Shown here piece after piece: positions 1-8,874 of a stretch of DNA of 64,000 bases. Made by a program: the position numbers and the translations under genes. Position 1 is the stretch's first letter. Each line of letters starts with the position of its first letter. The notes beneath the pieces were generated by a model. That model had not been told where the DNA came from and searched no databases. It worked only from the letters and a program-made list of their open reading frames with translations. Origin of the DNA: a virus; IMG/VR virus record IMGVR_UViG_3300030108_004965, positions 127,697 to 191,696 of that record. One strand, written 5' to 3'.

Positions 1-187
1 TCTCGACAACTATTCGGTCTCCTATGTCAACATTTACAGTACAATCATCAGAGATCCCTAGGACATCACACACAACATATACAGATTGTGGAGTCTTAAA
101 ATCATCAGGTAAAACGATGATTGAATTTTCCTTTTCTTCTTCTAATGGTAGAACAAGGATGTGCCTATTCTTTGGCTCAAGATACAT
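1..187 (-). CDS. groES: GroES/Cpn10-like co-chaperonin (partial, runs off window start; missed by ORF track)
   Basis: Own translation from ATG at 187: MYLEPKNRHILVLPLEEEKENSIIVLPDDFKTPQSVYVVCDVLGISDDCTVNVDIGDRIVVE..., which follows the GroES pattern (xxP..RILV...IILP...V..V......V..GD.V). GGAGG SD and a consensus promoter lie upstream. Confidence 0.7.
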   Translation of the reverse strand, partial: MYLEPKNRHILVLPLEEEKENSIIVLPDDFKTPQSVYVVCDVLGISDDCTVNVDIGDRIVVE

Positions 188-228
188 TTTTCCTCCATTT
201 ATATAACCAATGCCTTTTAGCATATCAT

Positions 229-257
229 ATTATAACACACTAAAAGGCAACTGTCAA
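229..257 (-). promoter_or_regulatory. sigma70-type promoter TTGACA-N17-TATAAT
   Basis: Minus strand reads TTGACA gttgccttttagtgtgt TATAAT: perfect consensus with a TG extended -10, upstream of the groES-like gene. Confidence 0.85.
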
Positions 258-260
258 CTA

Positions 261-449
261 TTATTCGTGAGAATTTTTCTTTATTTGAATCTCTGCTCTC
301 AATTCTTTTAGTTCTTTGATTGCAGTAAGAGCGGCTTTTCTAGCGCGTGGTGCTGCTGCCTTATAGCCATAAGTGCCAGCATCAACCTTGTCTACGTCAA
401 CCATTGCCTCTTTCAATTCTAAAATAATTTGTTCTAATCGTTCTCTCAT
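261..449 (-). CDS. Small helical protein resembling the Hc1 / histone H1-like family
   Basis: 62 aa; G-Y-K-A-A-A-P-R-A-R-K-A-A-L resembles the GNKAAGTRARKASL core of bacterial Hc1-like proteins; SD AGGAG upstream. Confidence 0.5.
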   Translation of the reverse strand: MRERLEQIILELKEAMVDVDKVDAGTYGYKAAAPRARKAALTAIKELKELRAEIQIKKNSHE

Positions 450-458
450 TATGTTCTC

Positions 459-2312
459 CTAAAATAACTCACAAGATCCACCGGCACATGCCAATTCACC
501 TGATAAATTTGTTTCATCTTTTTCTTCTCTAATTAGGTCCAAGTCAATACTTTTTACATAAGGAAGCAAACTTTCATACTCTTCTTTAGTACAATCTTCG
601 AAAGGCGCCTGAACGTAGGTGTGGTCTGAATAAGGAAGAACTGATAATCCGTTATATGATTTCCTATTTAGCCACATCCATTCACCAACACACTTCCATT
701 CATCAGGTTTTATTGTTATCGTTGCCGAAACATTATGTGTATTGTGGCCATTTTGGTGCCCTCCTTGAATCCAAGTGTCACTTATTGTTCTTACCCTATT
801 GAGAAGATCCAAAGCGCTCTCGTGGCGCGTGATGGCTCCGTGCGGTGCCCTCTGAGGCACCTTAATGATGGCTGTATCATGTGGACGAAACTTATCATCT
901 TCTACTAGTTGAGGTATGTTGTTTACCAAATAAGAATAGATAGCTTCATTTTTTCCTACGCGGATTCTGCGTAGATAATAATCATTGTGCCACGCATGGA
1001 TACCACTAGAAGTACCAAGGGTCAAAGAAGTTGTCCCAGCCGGCTTGACACATGTAGTTCGTGCCGCCGGTTTGATTCCAATTTGCATTGCTATTCTTCT
1101 ATTTTCTCTTTTTACAACGAGCGATGCTTTTGTGAGGTCTAAACCGAGAACTCCCCCCGATGCGATACCCGTCATAGAAACGCCAATAAGGGCATCCTTT
1201 TCAGTGTTTCGCTTCCAGATAGGTCTCAGGTAGTGAAAGTCCGTGTAAGACGCTTGAAGGGTACCTATGAACGTTGCAGCAGCAACTCTTTCTTCGAGTT
1301 CATCTTGGTTTGTCACATCACTCACATTTACTTCTGTCAGGTTACAGAATTGGTACGGTCTTAATCCTATTTCACAACAGGGATTAGTTCCCCAATCTTT
1401 GTCGTTTGAAAAATAGAATCCGGGCTCGCCTGCTCCTGATTCACGAACTCGATCCCATATAGACATAAAAGTGCTACGGTCAATACGATGCCGCATAAGG
1501 ACAACAGAATTGTTTGCTCGGCCTCGCTGAGGGTTAAGTTCCCACCAGTCTCCCGTTTTCGCTGACAGCATTTCTTTGTCGTCAGCAGAGAACAAAGAGA
1601 TAAGAGCAGCGCGACGAATACCCCCAGCCAAAACTGCATCCGCAATGTAGCAGATGATATCATGAACCTCAATAGGGGTAAGTTGTTCTCCGTCGTCTTT
1701 TTCATCTAATATTCCTTCAATTTTTAATAAACACTCTTTGAGTGGCTGAGGTCCGGGTGCCTTTCCTCCGGATGTAACTAGTCTCGCTCCCTTCGGACGG
1801 ATGTCAGAAAAGTCAAATCTTAGTCTGGACGTGCCTTTAAAGTAAGATGTAACTAACGCCTTGACTGAATCTGCCCACCCTTCAATACTATCTCCTACTA
1901 AGAACCTACGACTTCTTGTAGACGGTCTTCTTATTTCTGGTAGTTTGTTAACATGATGTTTTTGCACAGAAAACCCAACTCCTGTACCTCCGAGCAAAAG
2001 AAACATGATTTCAGAAAAAACATGGTAATTATCTACTGGACAAAAAGCACAATTGAAAATACGATTTGGGGATACCTCTATCGGCTTTCCTCCAAACTGC
2101 ATTGAACGCATTGATGGCAACACTTTCTTTTGAAACACAAACTGATAAGCGTTTGTTATTTCTGACTTTAGTGAAGGAAACTTCTTTATGTGCATCTGCA
2201 TGTTCCGAGAAACCAACTCGTGCCAGTTTTCCCTTCTGTTTAAGTCTTCTAAAAACCTAGCATATTTCATATGCACAGTTACATCTGATAAAATTTTATT
2301 TTCTAGTTCCAC
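459..2312 (-). CDS. nrdJ: Class II (adenosylcobalamin-dependent) ribonucleotide reductase, monomeric RTPR type
   Basis: 617 aa; TNPCCEI (N-x-C-x-E catalytic loop), FCNLTEVN, TTCVKPAGTTS, C-terminal redox pair CAGGSC; GTG start with SD. Confidence 0.92.
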   Translation of the reverse strand: MELENKILSDVTVHMKYARFLEDLNRRENWHELVSRNMQMHIKKFPSLKSEITNAYQFVFQKKVLPSMRSMQFGGKPIEVSPNRIFNCAFCPVDNYHVFSEIMFLLLGGTGVGFSVQKHHVNKLPEIRRPSTRSRRFLVGDSIEGWADSVKALVTSYFKGTSRLRFDFSDIRPKGARLVTSGGKAPGPQPLKECLLKIEGILDEKDDGEQLTPIEVHDIICYIADAVLAGGIRRAALISLFSADDKEMLSAKTGDWWELNPQRGRANNSVVLMRHRIDRSTFMSIWDRVRESGAGEPGFYFSNDKDWGTNPCCEIGLRPYQFCNLTEVNVSDVTNQDELEERVAAATFIGTLQASYTDFHYLRPIWKRNTEKDALIGVSMTGIASGGVLGLDLTKASLVVKRENRRIAMQIGIKPAARTTCVKPAGTTSLTLGTSSGIHAWHNDYYLRRIRVGKNEAIYSYLVNNIPQLVEDDKFRPHDTAIIKVPQRAPHGAITRHESALDLLNRVRTISDTWIQGGHQNGHNTHNVSATITIKPDEWKCVGEWMWLNRKSYNGLSVLPYSDHTYVQAPFEDCTKEEYESLLPYVKSIDLDLIREEKDETNLSGELACAGGSCELF

Positions 2313-2322
2313 GTTGTTCTCC

Positions 2323-3678
2323 TTATTTTGCGCTTAATTCACTATACTTTTCTCTCAAGATACTCAAGGCATCTTTTGTTGATGGCATATCCACATCATT
2401 ATCTTCTCTGCTCAGAACCTTGATGGTTACGTCTGACCAGTCCACAAAACAAGGGAACACTAGACCATCTGGTCCATTTCTATTTTTAGCAACAAAAATC
2501 CTGCCCTTGTTAGATTGCTTATCCTGCACTGTTCTTGATAAAGAAAAGATAAAATCAGCCACAAAGCACTTATTAAATGCTTCTGAGATGGATTCCATTG
2601 TAATCACCTCAGCATTGAGTCCACTACGATTTGTCTGAGATGCTGTCCATACAGGTATCTCGTATATTTGAGCCAAAGCACGGAGACCTTCATAGGTTTC
2701 TTCCAGTTCGTGACGCTTTTCTCTTCCATTTCTGTCTGGTCTAAGCAGGTCAGCATAATCACACAGAATCATGTCAGGATATACTCCTCTCTTTTTCAGT
2801 TTTTCAATGTGATTCTTAATTGTTTGAACAGATGCAGATTTTGTTGGGTACTCTTTAATAATCAAGGTACCATCAATCCCTTCAACACAATTCAAGACCT
2901 CTTCTTTCCTCTGCTTAAGATCGGACAAAGGTATGCCGCTAAGATTTGAATCAAATCTACCACCCACTACAGTATCTTTTAATTCTAAAGTGTAGTAAAC
3001 TACTGTTTTTCCTTGCTTGACCGCTTGGGCTGCGAGGTGGACAAGAACCATTGACTTTCCAGCACCAGTAGGAGCAATAACAACTCCAAGTTCATTTTTA
3101 CCTAATCCTCCTTTGATAATTTCATCCATTCTATCCCAACCAGTGGAGATAGGATCTCTGTTAATGTACTCAAATCTTTTGAGAGCATCTGTATGGTAAT
3201 TATGTCCGAAATTATTGTCTGTCCCTAATTTGAGAGCATCTTGTATAACTTTTTCAATTTCATCAAACGATGAAGATTTGATAAGTTTTATTGATTGCAT
3301 CATTGCTCCCTTAAGAACCTGTTTGCGACAAAAATCTAGAGACTTGTCTTTTATGTACTCTGCTTCCTCAACGCCATCTGACTGCATGATCCTTGCAAAG
3401 TAATTTCTCACCTGTGTAGCAGCCGCATCATCGTAATGATTCAATTCTGTTCTGAGTATTGACATCATAACTTCATGATTTGGGTGCGTATTATATTTAG
3501 CTCTGTATTTGATTAATGTCTCCGCAAAAATTTGCAAATACTTCAATTCAAAAAACTCTATTTTTAATACTTCTGAGATCTGATCGAAGAAGGGACGATC
3601 CTCTAGCATTAATTGACACATGTTTTCTTGGAATTTTTTTCCAAATCTTAAAAATGTTTCCTGTTCGTTATTATTCAT
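2323..3678 (-). CDS. dnaB: Replicative DnaB-like (gp41-like) helicase
   Basis: Walker A APTGAGKS, YYTLE, DYADLL, WTASQTNR, KNRNG motifs. Confidence 0.93.
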   Translation of the reverse strand: MNNNEQETFLRFGKKFQENMCQLMLEDRPFFDQISEVLKIEFFELKYLQIFAETLIKYRAKYNTHPNHEVMMSILRTELNHYDDAAATQVRNYFARIMQSDGVEEAEYIKDKSLDFCRKQVLKGAMMQSIKLIKSSSFDEIEKVIQDALKLGTDNNFGHNYHTDALKRFEYINRDPISTGWDRMDEIIKGGLGKNELGVVIAPTGAGKSMVLVHLAAQAVKQGKTVVYYTLELKDTVVGGRFDSNLSGIPLSDLKQRKEEVLNCVEGIDGTLIIKEYPTKSASVQTIKNHIEKLKKRGVYPDMILCDYADLLRPDRNGREKRHELEETYEGLRALAQIYEIPVWTASQTNRSGLNAEVITMESISEAFNKCFVADFIFSLSRTVQDKQSNKGRIFVAKNRNGPDGLVFPCFVDWSDVTIKVLSREDNDVDMPSTKDALSILREKYSELSAK

Positions 3679-3698
3679 TTGTCCTCCAGTGTTTTATA

Positions 3699-3727
3699 AA
3701 TATAACCTATCTTATTCAAAAAGTCAA
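3699..3727 (-). promoter_or_regulatory. sigma70-type promoter TTGACT-N17-TATATT
   Basis: Minus strand TTGACT ttttgaataagataggt TATATT, followed by GGAGG SD and the helicase ATG. Confidence 0.75.
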
Positions 3728-3733
3728 GTTTGA

Positions 3734-4690
3734 TCATGACCTTTTTACTTTTTTCATTATTCTTGATAATTCTTCAAAATTGACATATGACAAATCATCG
3801 GAAAATAACATTTTTGTAAATTTTAATCTTGAAAACTCAGGTTCAAACTGCATTAATGCGTTATCAATCATTACTCTATTTATGGGTCTGATGTTTGGAT
3901 TGTACAACTGCATGATTTTATAGTTGTCTTTTATAAGACTTGCAGATTTGATAATGTTTTCATGTAATTTAAGCCTTTTTCCTTGCATTGAACAATTTGT
4001 GACAATTTTTTCACAATCCGATTCTTCCTCGTTAAGTAGGAAAGGAAAGCGCTTTGCGATTGTCTTAAGGCCAACACCAGAAACTCCGGGTAAGTTATCG
4101 CTTGGGTCTCCAGCAATGGCACGAGCAAGGGCAAAGTTGTTAGGGTGAATTTTAAACTCTTCAAGAATAGTGGATTTTGAAACAACCTTATCTTGGATGG
4201 GTCGATAGACATATGTGTAGTCATCACATAATTGGAAAAAATCTTTATCGGATGAAACAATGATTTTATCCCAGAATCCGTAAATAAGGTGCCGTGTTGC
4301 ATAAGCGATGACATCATCGGCTTCAACATAATCAACTGAGATTTGGATAATTGGTAATTCATTTAAATACTCCATAAGTCTAAGAAGTTGATACGCTTTG
4401 TTTCTTTCTTGCTCTTTTGGATCTAAATCAATTAATCTTCTATTAAATCTGACTGGCTTGCGCCCTTCTTTATAGTCTTTATTGATAGCCCTTTTGCGCT
4501 GTGAGCCTTGATGACCATCCCAAACTACAATCACCTCTTGGGGTTCGAATTTTTTGCAAACCTTCTGTAGTGATTTTAAGAAACCGGCGCAACCCCCTAT
4601 AGGGTTACCATTTCTATCAAGAGTTGGGTTAACTATGTAACTTCTTATAAACATGTTAAGTCCATCAATTATTAAAACTTTACTTTTCAT
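3734..4690 (-). CDS. 5'-3' exonuclease / flap endonuclease (PolI N-terminal / T4 RNase H-like)
   Basis: LIIDGLNMFIR, VVWDG, EADDVIA, SSDKDFFQL, GDPSDNLPGVSGVGLKT (H3TH) motifs. Confidence 0.93.
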   Translation of the reverse strand: MKSKVLIIDGLNMFIRSYIVNPTLDRNGNPIGGCAGFLKSLQKVCKKFEPQEVIVVWDGHQGSQRKRAINKDYKEGRKPVRFNRRLIDLDPKEQERNKAYQLLRLMEYLNELPIIQISVDYVEADDVIAYATRHLIYGFWDKIIVSSDKDFFQLCDDYTYVYRPIQDKVVSKSTILEEFKIHPNNFALARAIAGDPSDNLPGVSGVGLKTIAKRFPFLLNEEESDCEKIVTNCSMQGKRLKLHENIIKSASLIKDNYKIMQLYNPNIRPINRVMIDNALMQFEPEFSRLKFTKMLFSDDLSYVNFEELSRIMKKVKRS

Positions 4691-4854
4691 TTTTCCTCCA
4701 CTATTTCAAATTCGTGCGAAGCCTTTGGGTAGTGATATTCTATACCATATTGACCTACCTTAATGATGAACTTTGTTTCTTTTTCTTCTACAAGAAATCC
4801 CTCATGGATTTTATTTTTATTGGTGTGTTTCTGCCAAAATCTAATCTTTTTCAT
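4687..4854 (-). CDS. Hypothetical 55 aa protein (missed by ORF track)
   Basis: Own translation MKKIRFWQKHTNKNKIHEGFLVEEKETKFIIKVGQYGIEYHYPKASHEFEIVEEK*; GGAGG SD, a promoter upstream, and ATGA coupling to the exonuclease start. Confidence 0.8.
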   Translation of the reverse strand: MKKIRFWQKHTNKNKIHEGFLVEEKETKFIIKVGQYGIEYHYPKASHEFEIVEEK

Positions 4855-4877
4855 ACTGTCCTCCGTATTATGTTAAT

Positions 4878-4906
4878 AATATAACCTGTCTGTTGTCTTT
4901 TGTCAA
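4878..4906 (-). promoter_or_regulatory. sigma70-type promoter TTGACA-N17-TATATT
   Basis: Minus strand TTGACA aaagacaacagacaggt TATATT. Confidence 0.8.
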
Positions 4907-4914
4907 ATAAATAA

Positions 4915-4948
4915 AGAAAAAACCCCCACACTCAAAAGAGCATGGGGG
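4915..4948 (-). terminator. Rho-independent terminator after recA
   Basis: Minus strand CCCCCATGCTC-TTTT-GAGTGTGGGGG followed by a T run. Confidence 0.8.
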
Positions 4949-4971
4949 CGAGGTTGGTTGCTTTACGTCGT

Positions 4972-6093
4972 TTATTTTTCTTTGTCGACATCAAAGTTCT
5001 TACCTTCGGTATCGAACTTCTTAATTATCTCTTCATCCATAATCTCAAAGACCAGAGATTTAAACTTTTGATCTTTTAGTTTATCTAACCAAGAGGATGA
5101 TCGGAACTTATGTTCCTTACCTTTAGCGTCGGTAAGGTAGTACCAGCCGCCCCCTACCCGAAAACGGTCTGATTGAGATAAACGCAAGGCTTCGAGCCAC
5201 GATTCTTCATCTTGAATTCGCGCCTCTCCACCCCACAGGATTTTGAACCCACAAGTTCTTCCTTCCGTTCCAAAGCGAGATTTTTCAACCTTAACCTTGA
5301 CCTCAGACCCAATCCGGAGACCAGAGTCGTCAGTAACGTATCCTGCTTTAGCCTTTCGCTTTGTTAACCAAATACGTTGGGAGCAGAAATACTCAATCGC
5401 TTTACCGCCCGGAGCAATAAACGGGGTTGTCATTGCTTCGGCCACATTGCTTGTGATGTTGGTCTTGAGTTGGTTGATCAAGATTAACGTGCACTGCTGA
5501 TTAGCAAGTGGGATTGTTAGTTTCGGAAAAGCCTTAGCAAAAATGCGAGGCTTGACTGCCATGGTAGATTGAGGATTGAAGTCAGATTCAATCTCTTTTT
5601 CAGAAGAGGTAGCAGCAATGCTATCCCAAATGAATAGAAACTGAGTCTCGGGATATTCTCCCATCAAATCCTCAATTGTCTCGAGAACCTTTTCCACAGA
5701 AAGAGCCTGAATGTAGAGTAGCGAGTCTACATCGACTCCCGCAGTCGTAAGAAACTGTGGGTCGATAGCACTTTCAGCATCGAAGTAAACCACAGTGTGG
5801 CCCATCTTCTGTGCATTGGCGGCTATCTGAACTGCCATAAACGATTTTCCGGCTGAGGACAGTCCAGCAATCTCGGTGATTTTCCCAACAGGGATACCAC
5901 CATACCTTCCTCTACACGTTATAGAGTCCAGCCATCTGGATCCTGTAGGGATCCAAGTCTTTACTTCCGTAGGATTATCCTGACGGAGATCGTGCGCAAT
6001 ATCAATTCCAACTTGTTTATTAACAAATTTTTTCATTGCACTGATATCAATTTTTCCGGGTTTTGTTTTTTTCATTTTAATTACTTTTCCCAA
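4972..6093 (-). CDS. recA: RecA/UvsX recombinase
   Basis: TGSRWLD, GKITEIAGLSSAGKS (Walker A), FDAESA, WDSIAA, LINQL, PGGKAIEYFCSQRI, KVEKSR. Start moved to TTG at 6093 behind AGGAG; the track extension to 6255 overlaps the upstream gene. Confidence 0.93.
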   Translation of the reverse strand: MGKVIKMKKTKPGKIDISAMKKFVNKQVGIDIAHDLRQDNPTEVKTWIPTGSRWLDSITCRGRYGGIPVGKITEIAGLSSAGKSFMAVQIAANAQKMGHTVVYFDAESAIDPQFLTTAGVDVDSLLYIQALSVEKVLETIEDLMGEYPETQFLFIWDSIAATSSEKEIESDFNPQSTMAVKPRIFAKAFPKLTIPLANQQCTLILINQLKTNITSNVAEAMTTPFIAPGGKAIEYFCSQRIWLTKRKAKAGYVTDDSGLRIGSEVKVKVEKSRFGTEGRTCGFKILWGGEARIQDEESWLEALRLSQSDRFRVGGGWYYLTDAKGKEHKFRSSSWLDKLKDQKFKSLVFEIMDEEIIKKFDTEGKNFDVDKEK

Positions 6094-6151
6094 TTTGTTC
6101 TCCTGTAAATAGTGAGGCATCTTTAAACCCATGCCTCCCTGCGGTGTAAAT

Positions 6152-7300
6152 TTATTTTGCCGCGTTCTGTACGGGGAACTGGATTCCGTATACAGAAGGC
6201 TGTGTAACAATCTCATTCCAAATTGTCGACTGTCGTCTCTTTCTGTAGTCACCATTCCAGTTCAAACGCATTTGTTCAAAATAATAATTAGCCTTAACAG
6301 TGGGACCAGATTTTTCATCTTGAACTTGTTTGTTGCGTGAGTCCTGTTCTAGTTTTGAGTCTAGTTTTGAAACTTCAGATACAAACTTAGATTCATCAGT
6401 GATGATCATTTTGTTATTAACAATCGACTCGCAGACCAATGTAAAACACAAGTGTTTTTTACTTGGAACGTTATGGACACTGTTAATTGATGTCATCAAA
6501 TCTAAAATTTTTGAAGTTTTTAGACTAGAGAAACCACAATATGCTTCAGACCAGCTTAAATTAACTCCATCTTTATAGAGACGATTAAGGGCACCATCAC
6601 CAACATCAGCTTTTGGGTCAGTACAGTGTACATAAAGCTTAGAAATGAACTGCTCTGGTTTCATTAAAGATAGAGATCTCTTTCCAAATAGAGACTCAAA
6701 CAGAGGCACATGTTTTTTGGCCTCACTCCTAGTCCATTCAGACATCTCAGTTTGTAGAGCATTTCTTTTATGCTGGGCTGTTAAGGATTCGCCCTCATTA
6801 AGACCCAAGAAGATTCGAGACAAATCTTGCTTCTTAACATCTTCAAACACAGTCATACAGATTTGACTATTAAGAAATTTAGTTTGCACAGATTCGGGCA
6901 AATCTTTAAAAAGTTTGTTTCTTACAGAAACTTGATTGCCATCCAAGTCTATAGTAACACCGGTAAATGCAGAGCCCTCTTCATTATTTAGAAAATCACT
7001 AATGCATTTTGTTCTGTGCTTTCCATCTAGACTTATGTACCTAAATTTTCTACCAATCATTTTGGCAAAGTATTCTTCACTAACTACATCGCCTTCGTTT
7101 TCTGCATAAGTACGGCAACTGTTAACGTCTGCTAAGACAATAGGGGTTGCTGCGAATTCAAAGAAAATATCTTGAATAAAACCATTCTTGTTGTTTTTAT
7201 TCCAACAACCGTGAGGTCTCTCGAACGACTCTTCTGTTGTGATAGTTTTGATTATAGACCGGTTATAATCACGAACGGTCTTCGTTTTTTGATCAAACAT
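6152..7300 (-). CDS. DUF262 / ParB-like domain protein (GmrSD N-terminal-like)
   Basis: R..W....K..FI..I......PIVL...LDGKHRTKCISDF resembles the DUF262 (I/L)DGQQR motif; later F..LNEG..L. Start at ATG 7300 with AAGGAG SD. Confidence 0.65.
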   Translation of the reverse strand: MFDQKTKTVRDYNRSIIKTITTEESFERPHGCWNKNNKNGFIQDIFFEFAATPIVLADVNSCRTYAENEGDVVSEEYFAKMIGRKFRYISLDGKHRTKCISDFLNNEEGSAFTGVTIDLDGNQVSVRNKLFKDLPESVQTKFLNSQICMTVFEDVKKQDLSRIFLGLNEGESLTAQHKRNALQTEMSEWTRSEAKKHVPLFESLFGKRSLSLMKPEQFISKLYVHCTDPKADVGDGALNRLYKDGVNLSWSEAYCGFSSLKTSKILDLMTSINSVHNVPSKKHLCFTLVCESIVNNKMIITDESKFVSEVSKLDSKLEQDSRNKQVQDEKSGPTVKANYYFEQMRLNWNGDYRKRRQSTIWNEIVTQPSVYGIQFPVQNAAK

Positions 7301-7381
7301 TGTTGATCTCCTTGTTAAGTTGTGGATTCGGCCCACATTCCGTTGATGGGTACTTGCGATAAGCACCGATCAAAAAAATTT

Positions 7382-7420
7382 AAAAAATGCCGTCACTTTT
7401 TTCACTAGGGTGGACGGCAT
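7382..7420 (-). terminator. Terminator-like hairpin after ssb
   Basis: Minus strand ATGCCGTC...GACGGCAT followed by TTTTT. Confidence 0.65.
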
Positions 7421-7439
7421 ACCCTTTCAACTTGGAGGA

Positions 7440-8207
7440 CTAATCGTTGTTCATGAATTTATCAAAGGCCTCGTCGATTCCCGATGACTTCTTAGAGTAT
7501 TTTGTAGTTTCACTCGAATGGTTTTCGGAAGATGATTCGGAGGACAAGAAATCATCCAAAAGTGCCTGTACTTCTTCAGTAGATTTGCGATCAAATAGAC
7601 CGCCAATGTCAGGGATAGAATCTAACAATTCTCCGCAATCAGCAATTGCTTCATCGCAAAGCACACTCGGTCGTCGACGAGGTTTTAGGGTAGTCTTAGG
7701 GAAAGACCCCGGAGTTCCGGGTACATCATAGTTCAGAACAATATCTGTTCCAGTTTCAGGATCCGTCACGTCACCATAGTCAGGGTCGAGGACATAACCC
7801 AGCAAGGTTTCATACGCGGTCTTTCCATAAGACCAAACTTTTACTCCCTCGGTTTCCTTGCCTCGAACGATGATTGGTGAATAGTAACGCTTACGAACAA
7901 ATAGTTTCTTTGCTTCACTCTTAAGAGTTGCGTCATCGTTTTCTATACCTTGTTTCCATAGTTTGGATGCAAAATTACAAATCGGGCAATCCTCTCCATG
8001 GTTTCGTTTAGGGCACATAATCCCGGGATTTTTTCCTACATTATAATGGAAGTGAAACTCCTTGAACGGATCTCCATCTTCTGTAGGTAGAATACGAATG
8101 GTTTGGTCTCCTTGTGTTGGTCTCCACTTCGTATTGTTTGTTTGTGGTTTGTTGCCATTTTTAGATGCGTTTAGTTTGGCGCGCATCGCTTCAATATCAA
8201 TAGCCAT
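7440..8207 (-). CDS. T4 gp32-like single-stranded DNA-binding protein
   Basis: IRILP, FHFHY, Zn-binding C..(x)..CPIC, KRYYSPIIVRG, acidic/Ser-rich C-terminus ending FDKFMNND. Confidence 0.85.
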   Translation of the reverse strand: MAIDIEAMRAKLNASKNGNKPQTNNTKWRPTQGDQTIRILPTEDGDPFKEFHFHYNVGKNPGIMCPKRNHGEDCPICNFASKLWKQGIENDDATLKSEAKKLFVRKRYYSPIIVRGKETEGVKVWSYGKTAYETLLGYVLDPDYGDVTDPETGTDIVLNYDVPGTPGSFPKTTLKPRRRPSVLCDEAIADCGELLDSIPDIGGLFDRKSTEEVQALLDDFLSSESSSENHSSETTKYSKKSSGIDEAFDKFMNND

Positions 8208-8301
8208 AATTAGTTCTCCTTACAGTTGCTATTTTAAGGTGAGCAGGGTTTCGACCTTACTCCCAGTTTGTTTTTTGTTGTGAAACTTAACTCACAGTAT
8301 T

Positions 8302-8330
8302 AATATAACATGTTTATTAAACCTTGTCAA
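8302..8330 (-). promoter_or_regulatory. sigma70-type promoter TTGACA-N17-TATATT
   Basis: Minus strand TTGACA aggtttaataaacatgt TATATT, upstream of ssb. Confidence 0.8.
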
Positions 8331-8385
8331 GTATAAAAGTGAACATTTTTTTAAGGAAAATGAACAAAAACCTTCGTTACAAATC

Positions 8386-8640
8386 TTATACAGAGATTGT
8401 AACCATACGGGTCACGGAAGATAACTTGCCGTTCGTAGTGTTGTAATTGAAGGTACGATACTGTTTGAGGTCTACATCATATACTGTTTCGTAGCCATCT
8501 TTAAGTTTTCGTGTCTTCTTGAAACGACTTGTGATTGAAGCCGGAAAATCAGAAAGTCTAATGAATTGCATTTGACGTTGAAATCCTGATTTGTTTCTAA
8601 AGGTACCAGTGTATACTGGGAATTGTTGAGTGATGTTCAT
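8386..8640 (-). CDS. Hypothetical 84 aa protein, possible WYL/SH3-like fold
   Basis: TVYDVDLKQYRTFN resembles the (V/F)D.E...(W/F)RSF pattern of small phage WYL-like proteins; has its own promoter and AGGAGG SD. Confidence 0.6.
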   Translation of the reverse strand: MNITQQFPVYTGTFRNKSGFQRQMQFIRLSDFPASITSRFKKTRKLKDGYETVYDVDLKQYRTFNYNTTNGKLSSVTRMVTISV

Positions 8641-8673
8641 AATTCCTCCTATTTTGATTTATTGAACATTAAT

Positions 8674-8702
8674 AATGTAACACGTTTGAGACAGTGTGTC
8701 AA
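8674..8702 (-). promoter_or_regulatory. sigma70-type promoter TTGACA-N17-TACATT
   Basis: Minus strand TTGACA cactgtctcaaacgtgt TACATT. Confidence 0.75.
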
Positions 8703-8710
8703 AAATTTTT

Positions 8711-8788
8711 TTAAAGTTTGTCATGTACATACATCCAAAGCCAAGTGAATGCAAATACAAAGACGATTGTTGCAAATATGAGTTCCAT
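8711..8788 (-). CDS. 25 aa single-TM micropeptide
   Basis: MELIFATIVFVFAFTWLWMYVHDKL*; ATG overlaps the upstream stop (TAATG). The track ORF 8711..8968 appears over-extended. Confidence 0.55.
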   Translation of the reverse strand: MELIFATIVFVFAFTWLWMYVHDKL

Positions 8789-8874
8789 TACTCTGTCTCC
8801 GTAATGGCTGTATCTGCTGAATCGGTTTCTTTTTCGCCACAACCGAATAAAAGTGTCGTAATAAACAAAATCAT
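8788..8874 (-). CDS. 28 aa lipoprotein-like micropeptide (missed by ORF track)
   Basis: MILFITTLLFGCGEKETDSADTAITETE*; hydrophobic stretch plus lipobox-like L-F-G-C; ATGA coupling to the tubulin stop, AGGAG SD. Confidence 0.65.
   Translation of the reverse strand: MILFITTLLFGCGEKETDSADTAITETE

Noticed and set aside
6094-6255. Track N-terminal extension of RecA (similar extensions for 7366, 8968, 33342, 35482, 52618, 58603, 59702)
   Set aside because: The extensions run through upstream genes, terminators or promoters, and better SD-led starts lie downstream.
7318-7345. tRNA T-arm-like hairpin TGTGG-GCCGAAT-CCACA
   Set aside because: No acceptor stem, D arm or anticodon arm can be built around it, so it is not called as a tRNA.
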